A stretch of 64,000 bases of DNA from Lytechinus pictus (taxonomy: Eukaryota). The position numbers and the translations under genes are program-made. Every line of letters starts with the position of its first letter. The first letter of the stretch is position 1. The DNA is taken from positions 36,272,001 to 36,336,000 of the forward strand of contig NC_087245.1 in NCBI RefSeq assembly GCF_037042905.1. Direction: 5' to 3'. This document shows, piece by piece, positions 1 through 12,127 of the stretch. The notes under the pieces are model-generated. The model was not told the DNA's origin. It was given only the letters and a program-made list of their open reading frames with translations, and did no database searches.

Positions 1-705
1 AGCTTCCCCAGCAAAACGGTTTCCCCTGAGAAATTTGCCGGTGAAATGGCCAGTATGAAAGATGACCTGAGAACTTCTCCTCTTTAATGACGTCAGAGGT
101 CAATTCTTTTTCTCCCCAAAATTACCTGAACCAAGATTCCACGCGCTAGCTAGCTGTTACTTCCATGGCTTAATGTGGATGGCCACGCTATATAAAAAAT
201 ATCGAAATACTTTTTTTTAAATACTTTTTTAGAATAAAATCAAATATAACATAATTTGATTTTTTAACACATTATCAGTAAGAAATAAACAACTTTCTTT
301 TCGTTTGTTCTGCACATGCCGATACCAGCCATAATCTCCATAACTTCACTGATATAGTTAATCAGGTATCTGCAATTTGTTAAAAGGAAAGAGTACGATT
401 GTGCGCAGTATTAGAAAATTAAAAAGCGTGTGCCTTCATTGACACCGGGTCTGCACTTTACTTTCGCCCAAGCAAATTGCTCGTTGACTTTCCCCGGGGA
501 AGAGATGTCAGTGCGAAAGGGTACATTTTTTTCTTTGCCAGGGAAGTGAGGATTGCGTGCCAGAGAAGTTCGCCAGGGAAAAATGAAGAGGTCACTTTGA
601 GAGGGGTACAGTATTATTTTCTTTTCTTTTTTGTCATTTGATAAATACATGTAGATGTTGAGGGAGGGGGGGAGACAGGGATTAATGACTTAGGATCTAC
701 TTTGA

Positions 706-1270
706 AGGTCAAGTTCACCCCAGAAAAATGATGATTTGAATAAAGAAAAAATCAAATTAGCAAACGCTAAAACTTTCATCAAAATCGGATGTAAAATAAG
801 AATATTATGGAATTTTAAAGTTTTGTTTATTTTTCACAAAACAGTTATATGCACATCTCAGTGACATGCAAATGAGACAGTCCATTATGTCCATCACTCA
901 CTACTAGTATTTCTTTTGTTTTTTATTGTTTGAATTATGCAATATTTCATTTTTTACAGATTTGCCAATCAGGACCAACTTGACTGAAACATATAGTATT
1001 AAAACAATGCTAATTCCACATGTTAAGGGAGGAATTAATCTTTGTTTCACTTGACAATGAGAAAAAATTAGAATATTTCAAATAATAAAATACAAAAGAA
1101 ATAGTGAGTGGATGATGTCATCAGTCTCCTCATTTGCATACCAACCAGAATGTGCATATAACTGTTTTGTGCAATTAAGCGAAACTTTAAAATGTCATAA
1201 CTTTCTTATTTTATATCCAAATTTGATGAAATTTTCAGTGTTATGCCTGTTGTATTTTTCTCTTTTTATT
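706..1270. mobile_element. Kolobok/T2-like palindromic MITE, family A, right end truncated
   Basis: Homologous to 8461-9089 (aggtcaagttcaccccag...tttcatcaaaatcggatgtaaaataag). Confidence 0.75.
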
Positions 1271-1560
1271 AAAAAATAATTGATGGCTAATTCAAATTTG
1301 ACTAAATATCAAAAAAAAATTATAGGGATATAAAGTAGCAAATACTGTATTTAGAGTTGCATCAAGCACAAGAAAATTCTTTGTTCTAATCTTGTTTTGT
1401 CAAATTTCTACACAATAATTTTTAATGTTATTTTTCCAGAAGCTCTTTTAAGCCAAGGACAATTTCTATTGATAGATAAATAGGACAACAAAGAACACAA
1501 AACCTCACTACTGAATGGCAAATAAGATTAAGACAATATGAGCAGTTTTAGTGTACTTAC

Positions 1561-2377
1561 TTGTACTTGTTGAGTCAGCTCTTTCTCTGGTATCATCCTG
1601 ACTTCTTGACTCCTCCTTCTTCTTATGATGTATCATTTTATCCATCCCTTTACCAACTTTCTTCTTGGCCTTCTTCATACTCTTCCCTGCTTTTTTCATG
1701 AAGTCCTTGGCCTTAGACTGTTTCTTATCCATTGATACATCTTGAGATGATGATCCCGGGGATGGTGACTTGGGCACCAGCTGACTTTGTGATCCATCTG
1801 AAGATGGGGCTGGTGGAACACTTGACATCATCCGAAGAATCCTTGCATCCTCACTTTCTTCTTCTTCCTCCTCATCCTCGCCTATTGAGTGGCAGGTGTC
1901 CGATTCCATCGACGCATTGTCATGCACATTTGAATCACCTCCAGAAGAAATTAATGGAACATCAACTCCTTGCTCCACATATTCTTCTGCTTCTGCATGG
2001 CCTTTGGTGTCCACTGTGGGGCTTGGGGAGGAAGTCCTGGATTTCTTTTTATCTTGGAAGGCACTGGTCACTTTTTGGGCAGCAACGGCAATATCTGCCA
2101 ATGTCCTCTTTTCAGGAGATGCCCCAGAGGTTGAGGCCTCTCCATCTTTTTTTAGCTCTGGCGATTGCACACGGGCTGACTTTGGTTTGTCGGAGTACAA
2201 CAGTTCTTCGGGTGATTTTCTGGGAGGGGAATTGAGCTTTGAAGCAGGCGTTTCTTCTTGAATTGTAATAGCACCATAGGACTTCCTTGGACTTCCTGAT
2301 GGGTCATCGCCCTTCTTGACAAGAGAACTTGGTTCCTCCTCCTTTGGAGACTTGAAACAGCAGCACATGCAACCCAT
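1561..2377 (-). CDS. First coding exon of an unidentified protein with N-terminal myristoylation/palmitoylation motif (MGCMCCC); 3' partial
   Basis: 272 codons in ORF 1508-2377 with optimal Kozak ACCATGG. Exon acceptor ttgtcttttgcag (exon starts 2470), donor A|gtaagt at 1560. S/P/E/K-rich disordered sequence with no domain I recognise. Confidence 0.85.
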
Positions 2378-3313
2378 GGTTCGATGACTTCAGCTATGAC
2401 CTCTGGGAACTATATGAACTCTGCATGACACAATCCTACCTCAACATCCCTGTAAGCCACGATCCCACTCCTGCAAAAGACAATAGATCAAAAGATAGAT
2501 CATAAAACCCACAGTATATTAATATGTTTTTGTGGTCATGTGTATGACTGGCATTAATCAAATCCCATGACTATATTTCACAGGAAATAACACACTTTTG
2601 TTTTTACCTTGAATTTTTGCCAACAACAACAAGCATTTCCTTTTATTGATGATCATTAGCTATTACTGAGTACCAGCATCTAAAAAATGGTAAATGTTCA
2701 TATTGCTAATTCACTGATAAGTACAGACTTGTCACAGATTAATTATGAAGCACATCCACCTGGGTGCTATGGGAAGATTATTAAAGGGCCAGAGACAGTC
2801 GTTGTAAATTTATGAATAATACAAAGTTCAAAAACCCCCCAAAAAAATATTATTTTCATATTTTGGACAACATTCAGAATAATATGTTAAAAAGGAGTGT
2901 CTTTAATGGTGGTGGAACATATTTTCATATGGGAGGGGGCAAAAACAAAAAAGGGCACTTTCATGTCAAAATGGGCATCGGGTGGAAACATACATTTTCA
3001 CCATCAGATTCTCTTCTGTCTAAAGTACAGTTAGATGTGTGTTTTGTGGTAATGTGTTGAAGTTGCGCTAAAAACTTTCGTAAGAGATTTCTGATTGTTG
3101 AAATATGAAATTGTGACATGTTAATTTGTGAAGCCTATTAGACCTACTGCTTAAAAGCTTTGTCAATTTTGACATACTGACCTAACAATGGGCCATTTTA
3201 AGAACTCTCCTTGAATTTCATGCTTCTGTCCATATACCCTCTGTTAAATTTTAATATATCTTCTCCACTTCTCCAATGAAATGACATTCAAAAGGGTGGT
3301 AAAATAAACAGGG

Positions 3314-5195
3314 TAGGCCTGACTTGAAACGGATATTTCAATATTCGGATACCCGACACTGAAAACCGGACGGCGGACGGGTATCCAAAATTTTACCCTG
3401 AAATATAAAAAATAATATCCATTTGCACTTATCCGATGATGGCGATAGTCAGCGTGCGCTAATCAAAATATTTCTGAAAACCACGAAATTACGAGAAGCT
3501 GAATATTTTGGGTTGAATCTGTTTTGCATTCGGATTTGACTAATGTGAGTTAGCGTGAGGCTACGGCTACATATATGTAAATCGTACAATGTATGTATGT
3601 GTAAGCTATTAGTAAATGACTATTATTTGAGTTTATATACAAGTCGGGCCTAGTTACGATCCCATTTAATGGTTGCGAGAGTATGAGTGTTTATATTTTA
3701 GTTCCGATCGAATGAAATAAGATGCAATGAATTTGACCGAGGCGAGTGTAAGTGCGAGTCTACTATTACTAAAAGTCTAAAACCAGACAGGCCTACATCA
3801 TTCAGCTCATGCACGTGCTGTCCTGTCTGGACGTGTCTGGAGTGAATCGTCCGATATATATTTGGTTACATTACACTCGCTACACCTTCAAATGGGATCG
3901 TACTTGGAATATTTTCATTTTCATGTCGGGTTTCTCCCCATTCCCCAAATTATAGCCAAGCTTCTCATTTCTCAACTTCTGAAACATGATCACACTTCTA
4001 ACAAAGATTCAAGACAAGATTTAATCACAGTAACAGTAACTAATCACTTACATTCATCACCAGTAAGTTTTACTGCAAAACACGTTGATTCACAACCGAC
4101 CCCATACTCGGCGGGCGCACATCATAAACCTTTCTGGCACGATACCGCCTTTTAAGTATTGTTGTTTACGACAATGGACGGTTTCATTCTAATTAATCAT
4201 TATTAATGACAGTTCAAGAAAGAAAAGGGATGATCCATTATTTCAGATTTGATAAATAAATCAAAAGAAACAAAATAAAACGGCCAATCAACATGTATTT
4301 GACGTTTACATGATTTCAAAATTATCTTCATTCTTCATTCATATCGAAAGTTGATGTGAGAAAAAAGTACTGAAAATGAATATTTCGTTACGCATTTCAA
4401 TTTAAATAAATTACAAAAAACAACATGACACACGCAGCCAACATTCATTCGACGTTTTCATAGTTTAAAAAATAATCATCTTCATTTGTAACCAAAGTTG
4501 CTGTGAGAAAAAGTAGAATTCATTTTGCATTTGATAAATAAATTACAAGAAACAACATGACACACGCAATCAACATTCATTCGACGTTTTCAACTTTTCA
4601 TAGTTTAAAAAATAATCATCTTCATTGGTAAAGTTGCTGTGAGAAAAAGTAGAATTCATTTTGCATTTGATGAATAAATTACAAGAAACAACATGACACA
4701 CCCGAGTAACCCGATCAACATTTATTTGACGCTTAAATGGTTTCAAATTATCTTCATTCTTCACTCGCATTGAAAGTCGAGGTAAGAAAATATACGATGA
4801 GTTACGCATTTGAAATCATCAAAACATAAGACAGGAAAGAAAAACGATCTTAAGCGACACCATAGTAAAATCGCCATCGTTGTCAGAACGGAACTTTACT
4901 CCATTCAAGGACGGTCATGCTCCAAAACTGATATAAGGTCATGTTTCAAAACTGATATCAAACGATGGTTTTCGGCAGGAATATATTACAGAAGAAGATT
5001 AATTCATATTGGTGATTATATTGGCGACTAAAACTTATAAATTTTGTTGGTGAGTCTTACTAAATTTAATGAGTTTTTGTGACAGGAAAGTGGTGAATCG
5101 ATCAGTGTCCATGGATACCCGAACCCGAAAAATGAAAACCGTTATCCGTCCATGCGGGCGGAAACCGTTCGGATATCCGTTTGGTGGCAGCACTA
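3314..5195. mobile_element. Non-autonomous hAT (Ac-like) DNA transposon
   Basis: Exact 8-bp TSD AAACAGGG at 3306-3313 and 5196-5203. Termini TAGGCCTG and TAGTGCTG (reverse complement), subterminal AAACGGATA and GGATACCCGA motifs, no transposase ORF. Confidence 0.8.
4283..4800. repeat. About four imperfect tandem copies of a 130-150 bp unit inside the hAT element
   Basis: Recurring caacattcattcgacgtttt...aaagttgctgtgagaaaaagta...aaattacaagaaacaacatgacacac. Confidence 0.8.
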
Positions 5196-5901
5196 AAACA
5201 GGGCGCGTGCCATTCAGTGGGTATTTTCAATAGAGTATGTCATATAAACAGGAACATTTTATTATATTTCATTCTGGAACTCTTCCTTTCTTCACCCATC
5301 TGTTTCTAACACTTTCTGAAATGAATGGTTTCATTCAATAATGCTTTATAATAAGAAAATTATAAAAAATTAACATCAATGGTCATCATGTGTAAATATG
5401 ATAACCATGACTCCACGTATATTTACCATTATTATGATAATCATTATTGGGCCTAGGACAAATACCTTTTTTAGCATTTGATTGTTCACCAAGGCAAACA
5501 TTCAAATAATTTGATCAAGCGAGATTCCTGGACTATCAGAAATCACAAATAAGTTTATACAGGACCTACCAGATGTCCCACATACAAGTAATGAGCGAGC
5601 TGACGCAGTCAAGTGTCTCAATACAGTGCCCAGGACATGCACATCAACACAGCTAAGAGATGCACGTTCGCCGGAGCGGCCATCATTATCGTGTCTTGAA
5701 AATTTACTATGTTAGCATAAATTTCATGGTTGTCTTGAACTTGGATGTTTTATCAATTATAGCCATGTGCCATTCGTAATCAATTGTCTCAAATCAGTAA
5801 TAAACATTTGGCGAACATTCGATAAAGTGCAAAAAGTAATATCCACTTGTCAATTGTTGGTAAACTGATCGAATGCATTGTTTTAGTTTTACTCCCAGGC
5901 C

Positions 5902-5983
5902 TCATCACCATCATCATCACCATCATCATCATCATCATCATCACCATCATCACCACCACCACCAATATCATCATCATCATCAT
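5902..5983. repeat. (CAT/CAC)n microsatellite
   Basis: Directly visible. Confidence 0.95.
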
Positions 5984-5985
5984 CT

Positions 5986-6120
5986 GCCATGGCATGTTTT
6001 CCCTCAGCAAGAAATTTATCCACATTGTGCTGCAACCGGGGTAATGATAATAACATTGCGCCTCGGAATAGATTTTTTCTAGATAGATGGCGCTATACAA
6101 ATGCCTATTATTATTATTAT
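5986..6120 (+). mobile_element. Truncated SINE, same family as 30303-30587
   Basis: Shares gccatggcatgttttcc..cagcaagaaattt and gatagatggcgctatacaaatgcc(tat)n with the full copy. Confidence 0.75.
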
Positions 6121-6977
6121 CATCATTATCACCAGCATCATCTTTATGATTCATTATTACAATATAAAAATACATACAGGATAATAGGTCATTCATAGGC
6201 AAAAGTTAAAAAAAAACATCATAAGTCACAAAAAAATAATTTATGATATAATATATGAAATAAAGACATTTCCAAGTGCAATTATAAATGAGAATTTGTT
6301 AATACAGAATAAGGTGAATACATATAAAATTTCAAAATACTATAAAGATTGGACAAGTAAAATTTGGATTACAAGTGGAACGACTCATGTAGTCTCGCCT
6401 GCATTACAGGATTCAATATATAGGAGCAACAAGCGATTCCGCCCTCATGTTCTTTGGAATCGCTCTCGCAACTGAGTAAAACTGCCAAGTACCGAGGGAC
6501 TCCCAACATGAAGATTGCTCCCGTTCACGCCCGTCCAGTCTCCCATTTACGACTGCATAGTAGTCAGACAGCAAGGCCAGCGAAACTGCAGTTTTTACTT
6601 TCACGGATCGTCGCGTTCTGACTTGTAACTGAGTGGATGTTTAAAAATCACGGGCGCAGCGCTTACAAAAAATGCGTATCGAGTTTCAAACTCTCGATAT
6701 CCTGGGCGCTATTTTTCAAAATGCTGCGCGGCACTGGCAGGTCTTGCCGTAACTTTGATAGTAAAAATTTCCTTTTTTATTGGATTAATTTTGAAGATAC
6801 CATCCTCAATGTGCAAGAAAATAAGATCATGAACTCTGAAGAAAATCAGTTTCTTAAATCTGAACTAATCCACTTGGTGCTCTGGATATTTGGCGCAGAT
6901 CCCGCAATTTTAAGACCGAAATTAGGATTTTCAGTGGGGATTTTTGGTAATGTCAGTCAGTGCCTGAGTGTATACAT

Positions 6978-8053
6978 GCAGCAGTGTGGTGCTGCCCTTT
7001 ACGTTCATTGAGTTAGGCTTTTATGAAGGCTTTCCGATTAAAATTTTCGATATCCTGGCCAATCAATGCTAGCGACAAGTTCCGATCGCATGCACATTGA
7101 TAGACAAGCACAACGCAGCAGCACGAATCGCGATATATGGCGACTGGTAAAGACATCTGTAAGGATGATGACGTCATCCAAGATGGCAACTTACAATGAC
7201 CAACAAAAGGATTGAGGATGACTATGTTTTGATCATCATTTGAAAGGAATTAGCGGTAACTGGGGTCTAAGGTACGATATTTCTGAATTTTATATATTTT
7301 GTTGTAAAGTTGGATTAATTAATTTTTTATAATGTGACATTTTGTGTACAAAAAAATGATCCGCCAAATTTGAGATCTAACGTTACTGCTATACTAATAC
7401 GTTGTCTTTACGTACCGGCCAACAACTCTTCAGTCTATGACCCAGTTTGGTGAGTAAATGGAGCCAACGCAGTTCAGCGGAACAACCAAAATAGGTCTAC
7501 AGAGACTGTGGACCAAAAGCTTCAGTCTCTGTATTTTGGTTCTTCCGCTGAACTGCGTTGGCTCCACTCACCAATACATAGACTGAAGAGTTGTTGGCCC
7601 GTACGTACAGACAACGTATTAGCAGTAACGTTAGATATAACATTCGGCGGAAACCCGATTTTCAGATCTTTTTTTTTTTACATAAAATGTCACATTATTA
7701 AGAGAAATTACATCCAAAATTTACGAAAAAATATATGAAATTCAGAAACATCTTACCTTAGACCGCAGCTACAGCTAATTCCTTTCAAATGATGATCAAA
7801 ACATAGTCATCTTCGATCCTTTCGTTGGTCAACGAAAGTTGCCATATTGGATGACGTCATCATCCTTTATACAGACGTATAAATTTACCAGTCGTTATAT
7901 ATTGCGCTTTGTGCCGCTGCTTTGCGCTTGTAGATATGCGTGCATTCGGAACTTGTCGCTCGCATTGATTGGCCAGGATATCGAAAATTCCAATCGGAAA
8001 GCCTTGATAAAAGCACAACTCGTTGAACGTAGAGGGCAGCAACACACGGCTGC
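6978..8053. repeat. Imperfect palindrome of ~1.08 kb (arms 6978-7508 and 7523-8053, 14-nt loop)
   Basis: The arms are reverse complements along their length, e.g. ggagccaacgcagttcagcggaa and ttccgctgaactgcgttggctcc. Confidence 0.9.
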
Positions 8054-8460
8054 CATTTTTTCTCTCCGGCAGAAAAATTTAAAAAATAAGGAATAAATCA
8101 TCGGTAACGTATATTTTCGATATTTTCTTGGAATATTTATAGTATCAAAAGAAAGAATAGAGTCTAACGAAAATAGTGGGCCTTCGTTCAAGATAATGTC
8201 ATTTAGAATATAAAAATAAAAATCTAGACCAAACCCGGTCGCCCAAATGGAATGGGTGGAATAATTGCATAAACATAAACACATTAATTATTACAGCTAT
8301 ATTAGCTAAAATTTTGGCCATTTATTGTAGTAATGAATATTCATGAGTAACTAATATTCCCAGCATTTTCCAAATGGGCGACCTGATTACACATGCAGGC
8401 TCGCACTAACACACTACCGTCGGTGAATGGGGATGATAGTAAAATGTCAGAAATTGTTAA

Positions 8461-9089
8461 AGGACAAGTCCATCCCAACAAAAAGTTGATTTGAAAAAAA
8501 TAGAGAAAATCCAACAAACAACACTGAAAATTTCATCAAAATCGGATGGAAAATAAGAAAGTTATGACATTTTCAATTTTCGCTTAATTTTACAAAGTAG
8601 TTATATGCACATCCTGGTCAGTATGCAAATGAGAAAGCTGATGACATCACTCACTCACTATTTCTTTTGTTTTTTATTATATGAAATATGAAATATTCTA
8701 ATTTTCTCCTCATTGTCCTGTGAAACAAAGTCAAGGTTTTATTTTGCCCTGAACATGTGGAACTACTAATGTTTAACATGTTATTGTTCAGTCAAGTTGG
8801 TCCTTATTGTCAAATCTGTAAAAATTGAAATATTGTATAATTCAAACAATAAAAAACAAAAGAAATAGTGAGTGAGGGACATCATCGATTCTCTCATTTA
8901 AAAAAACTAATTTACATGTGACTATTAAAATTGTGCATTTAACTATTTTGTGAAAAATAAGCAAAACTCTAAAATGTCATAACTTTCTTAGTTTTCATCC
9001 GATTTTGATGAAATTTTCAGCATTAATTATGCTTCTCTGATTTTTCTCTATTGATTCAAATAAACATTTTTCTGAGGTGGACTTGACCT
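8461..9089. mobile_element. Kolobok/T2-like MITE, family A
   Basis: TTAA on both sides, termini AGGACAAGTCCA and TGGACTTGACCT, long internal inverted repeats. Confidence 0.85.
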
Positions 9090-9572
9090 TTAAATAAATC
9101 CCCAGAATCAACGGTTTTGTAATTTGTACAGAGTCTCAGAGACTGAAGCAGTTTTGCCGTTTGGTGTACCGTACTAATCGTTTGGTAACTTAAGTTTAAA
9201 CTTTAATACAATCATTTTAATTCATTAAAAAGGTGATGAGGAGTCGGAATGTCACACATTCCCATGCCAAGTGTTGCATGTGTTTAGCCTGTGATTTTCA
9301 TTGCACGGCGCATGTAGATCTAACGTTAATGTTCCCATGGGTGGGGTGGGGGCGGATCGGATAGGCGGGTTCCATCATCAGCTCAGCTCGGCGCCGCACT
9401 CAATGGTCACTACACACATCGATTAATATACAAGGGACTAAACAAAACAAAAACATTGTCATCATTAGGTCTACTTTTTAATCTGTAGACTATACTAGGG
9501 CATATCGCCGATATGAAAAATTTTCCATGCATTAAAATATAAATGTATTCCGGTTTTCACAGGAAATCTTAC

Positions 9573-9770
9573 CCCAGAACAGTTTTCGTCCGAAGGCGAA
9601 TCCAGTGTCAGTGAAGGCGTCTACATTGATCATTCGCTCTATGCCTGGCGCTGGCCTAGCTATACGAGCTACGTACCCGGTACGGTACGTCACACGCGAT
9701 CGAAGGATGAATTATGATGGTGGTATAGGTACTCACTGGCTCTACTCCGTTGCAGTTGCCCCGCAGTCGC
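9573..9770 (-). promoter_or_regulatory. Candidate promoter and non-coding first exon of the MGCMCCC gene
   Basis: Locally CpG-rich segment with a TACGTCAC CRE-like site, and a minus-strand donor GG|gtaaga at 9572 that could splice to the acceptor at 2471. Confidence 0.5.
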
Positions 9771-9804
9771 ACTAAAATGTTAGTACTAAGTTAGTTACTA
9801 CTAA

Positions 9805-10380
<576 letters not shown>

Positions 10381-12060
10381 TGTTTTCATATGATTAACTG
10401 AATAAATAGAGCCTAATGTATGTTTAATGAGTATAGATTCTTGGGATCAAACTTTCACCAATGATAGGGGCCAAGAGGGGCCAGAAATATATTTTCATCA
10501 GTATTTCCTCCCAATCGGTCTCCTGAAGGCGAATATGTTTATTGTTGTGTTTGTTTATATTGGGGGAAGGTGGTCCTAAAAGTGTTTGTACTCCTTAGCT
10601 TACTTCTTTTTACAAACGATATAGGTATCTTATATGGACCTTAAATAAAAAAGATAAAATCAAATTAAACAATTTAAAAAAAAACGCGAGCATGAAGCGC
10701 GAGATGAATTTTTCCTGTATTTTCCTGCATTTGGACCTAAGAATTGAACATTCTATAAACAGATTTTGTAATCATAAAAGGATGAAAATCTATCTAAACA
10801 CAGAATTAATGCGAGCGCGAAACGCGCGAGCTGAAAATTTTATTTACTGACCTTAACTGTATCAGTACAGGGACTCATTAAGAGGATTCGTATCTTAGCA
10901 AAGTACCAATCAATGATTTTTTTTTACATTTATTTTATAATTCCGACCTGATGCAGTCTATGCACGAAAAGGATACACATATTACAAAACAATAGAAAAT
11001 TTTTAGATTACTTTTTTTAATAAACTGAATTTTATCCCGCCGCTTCACGCTCGCCTTGCCCGTAGGGGCCCGTACAGTGAGTATTAAAGTGACCTCAAGT
11101 TTTTCTATTTCCAATCATTTACTGCCATGTATTATACATTCACTTTTCTTCCTCCTCTGGCTTTTCTCTTCCTTTTTCTCATCTCCTTATCCCTTTTTTC
11201 TCCCCCTCCTTTTTTTAAAGGCAAGTGCACACAATTATAGTTGTCAGTAATGCATACTGCATTTCCATTTATTTGAATGTATAGGATAAATGAGGACTGT
11301 AGCATATCTGCCTTGCTCACGGGCAATGATGTCCTGGCCTTGGATTGAACACCAGCCCTTTTTTCGCCTCCATTAGGACCCTGTGTTCAGGGAGCCTATC
11401 AAATGCAACCTGTACCGAATCGAGAGTAGCGGTTTGCACAGTCTGTTGGATAAAAATGTAGAGGGGGCTCTTCTATCTTCTGAAAATATATTCATCTAAG
11501 GCTTATTATTAACCTGCACTTTTGAAAGTATATTTAGGTCTGTGTTTGAATAATCTTGAATGGAGCATAAATTGTTTTCCTCTTGCGATCTAAAACTGTC
11601 CTGTTCACATGCAATCAGATACAGGCGATTCATGTTTCAGATGGAACGGAGGGGGGGGGGGGGAGGTGTCGAAAATGTTCGGCTTGCCAAATTATAATAC
11701 ATAATTTTGGTGAGCAAAGCTGAAAAACTTGACAATTGTGTACGTTTGATAGTAGTATTTCGCTTAGTTTGTTTTATGCTCTTTTTATCATTTGCATTGC
11801 ATTTAATGATCTTTTCAAGTTGTCTAAATTATTGGGTGAAAATGAATGTTCGTCCCCCAAGATATCATGATGAATGATAGCTTCTTGCCCACAAGATTAA
11901 TGCCTCTAGTTGGGAAAACAATGCAGGTTATGCATATGGGTATATAATGAGCCTCCCCCCTTCACCTCACCCTTTGTCAATCCATTCACCCTACTCTCTC
12001 TCTTTTCTTATTCCTCTTGATTTAACCTCTCAGCCAGAGATGTCCCCATAATACCCCCCC

Positions 12061-12127
12061 AAAAAAAAAAAATGACACAGGAACACAGAATATATTTTTC
12101 CACAGATCATATTTTTCATCATTTATT
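12061..12127 (-). terminator. Candidate polyadenylation signal (AATAAA, 12122-12127) with downstream GU/U-rich element
   Basis: The minus strand reads AATAAA and then CTGTGTTCCTGTGTCA followed by a T run. Confidence 0.5.

Noticed and set aside
1508..1560. Hydrophobic C-terminus KYTKTAHIVLILFAIQ of ORF 1508-2377 as a membrane anchor
   Set aside because: It lies beyond a consensus GTAAGT donor at 1560, so it is most likely intron read-through.
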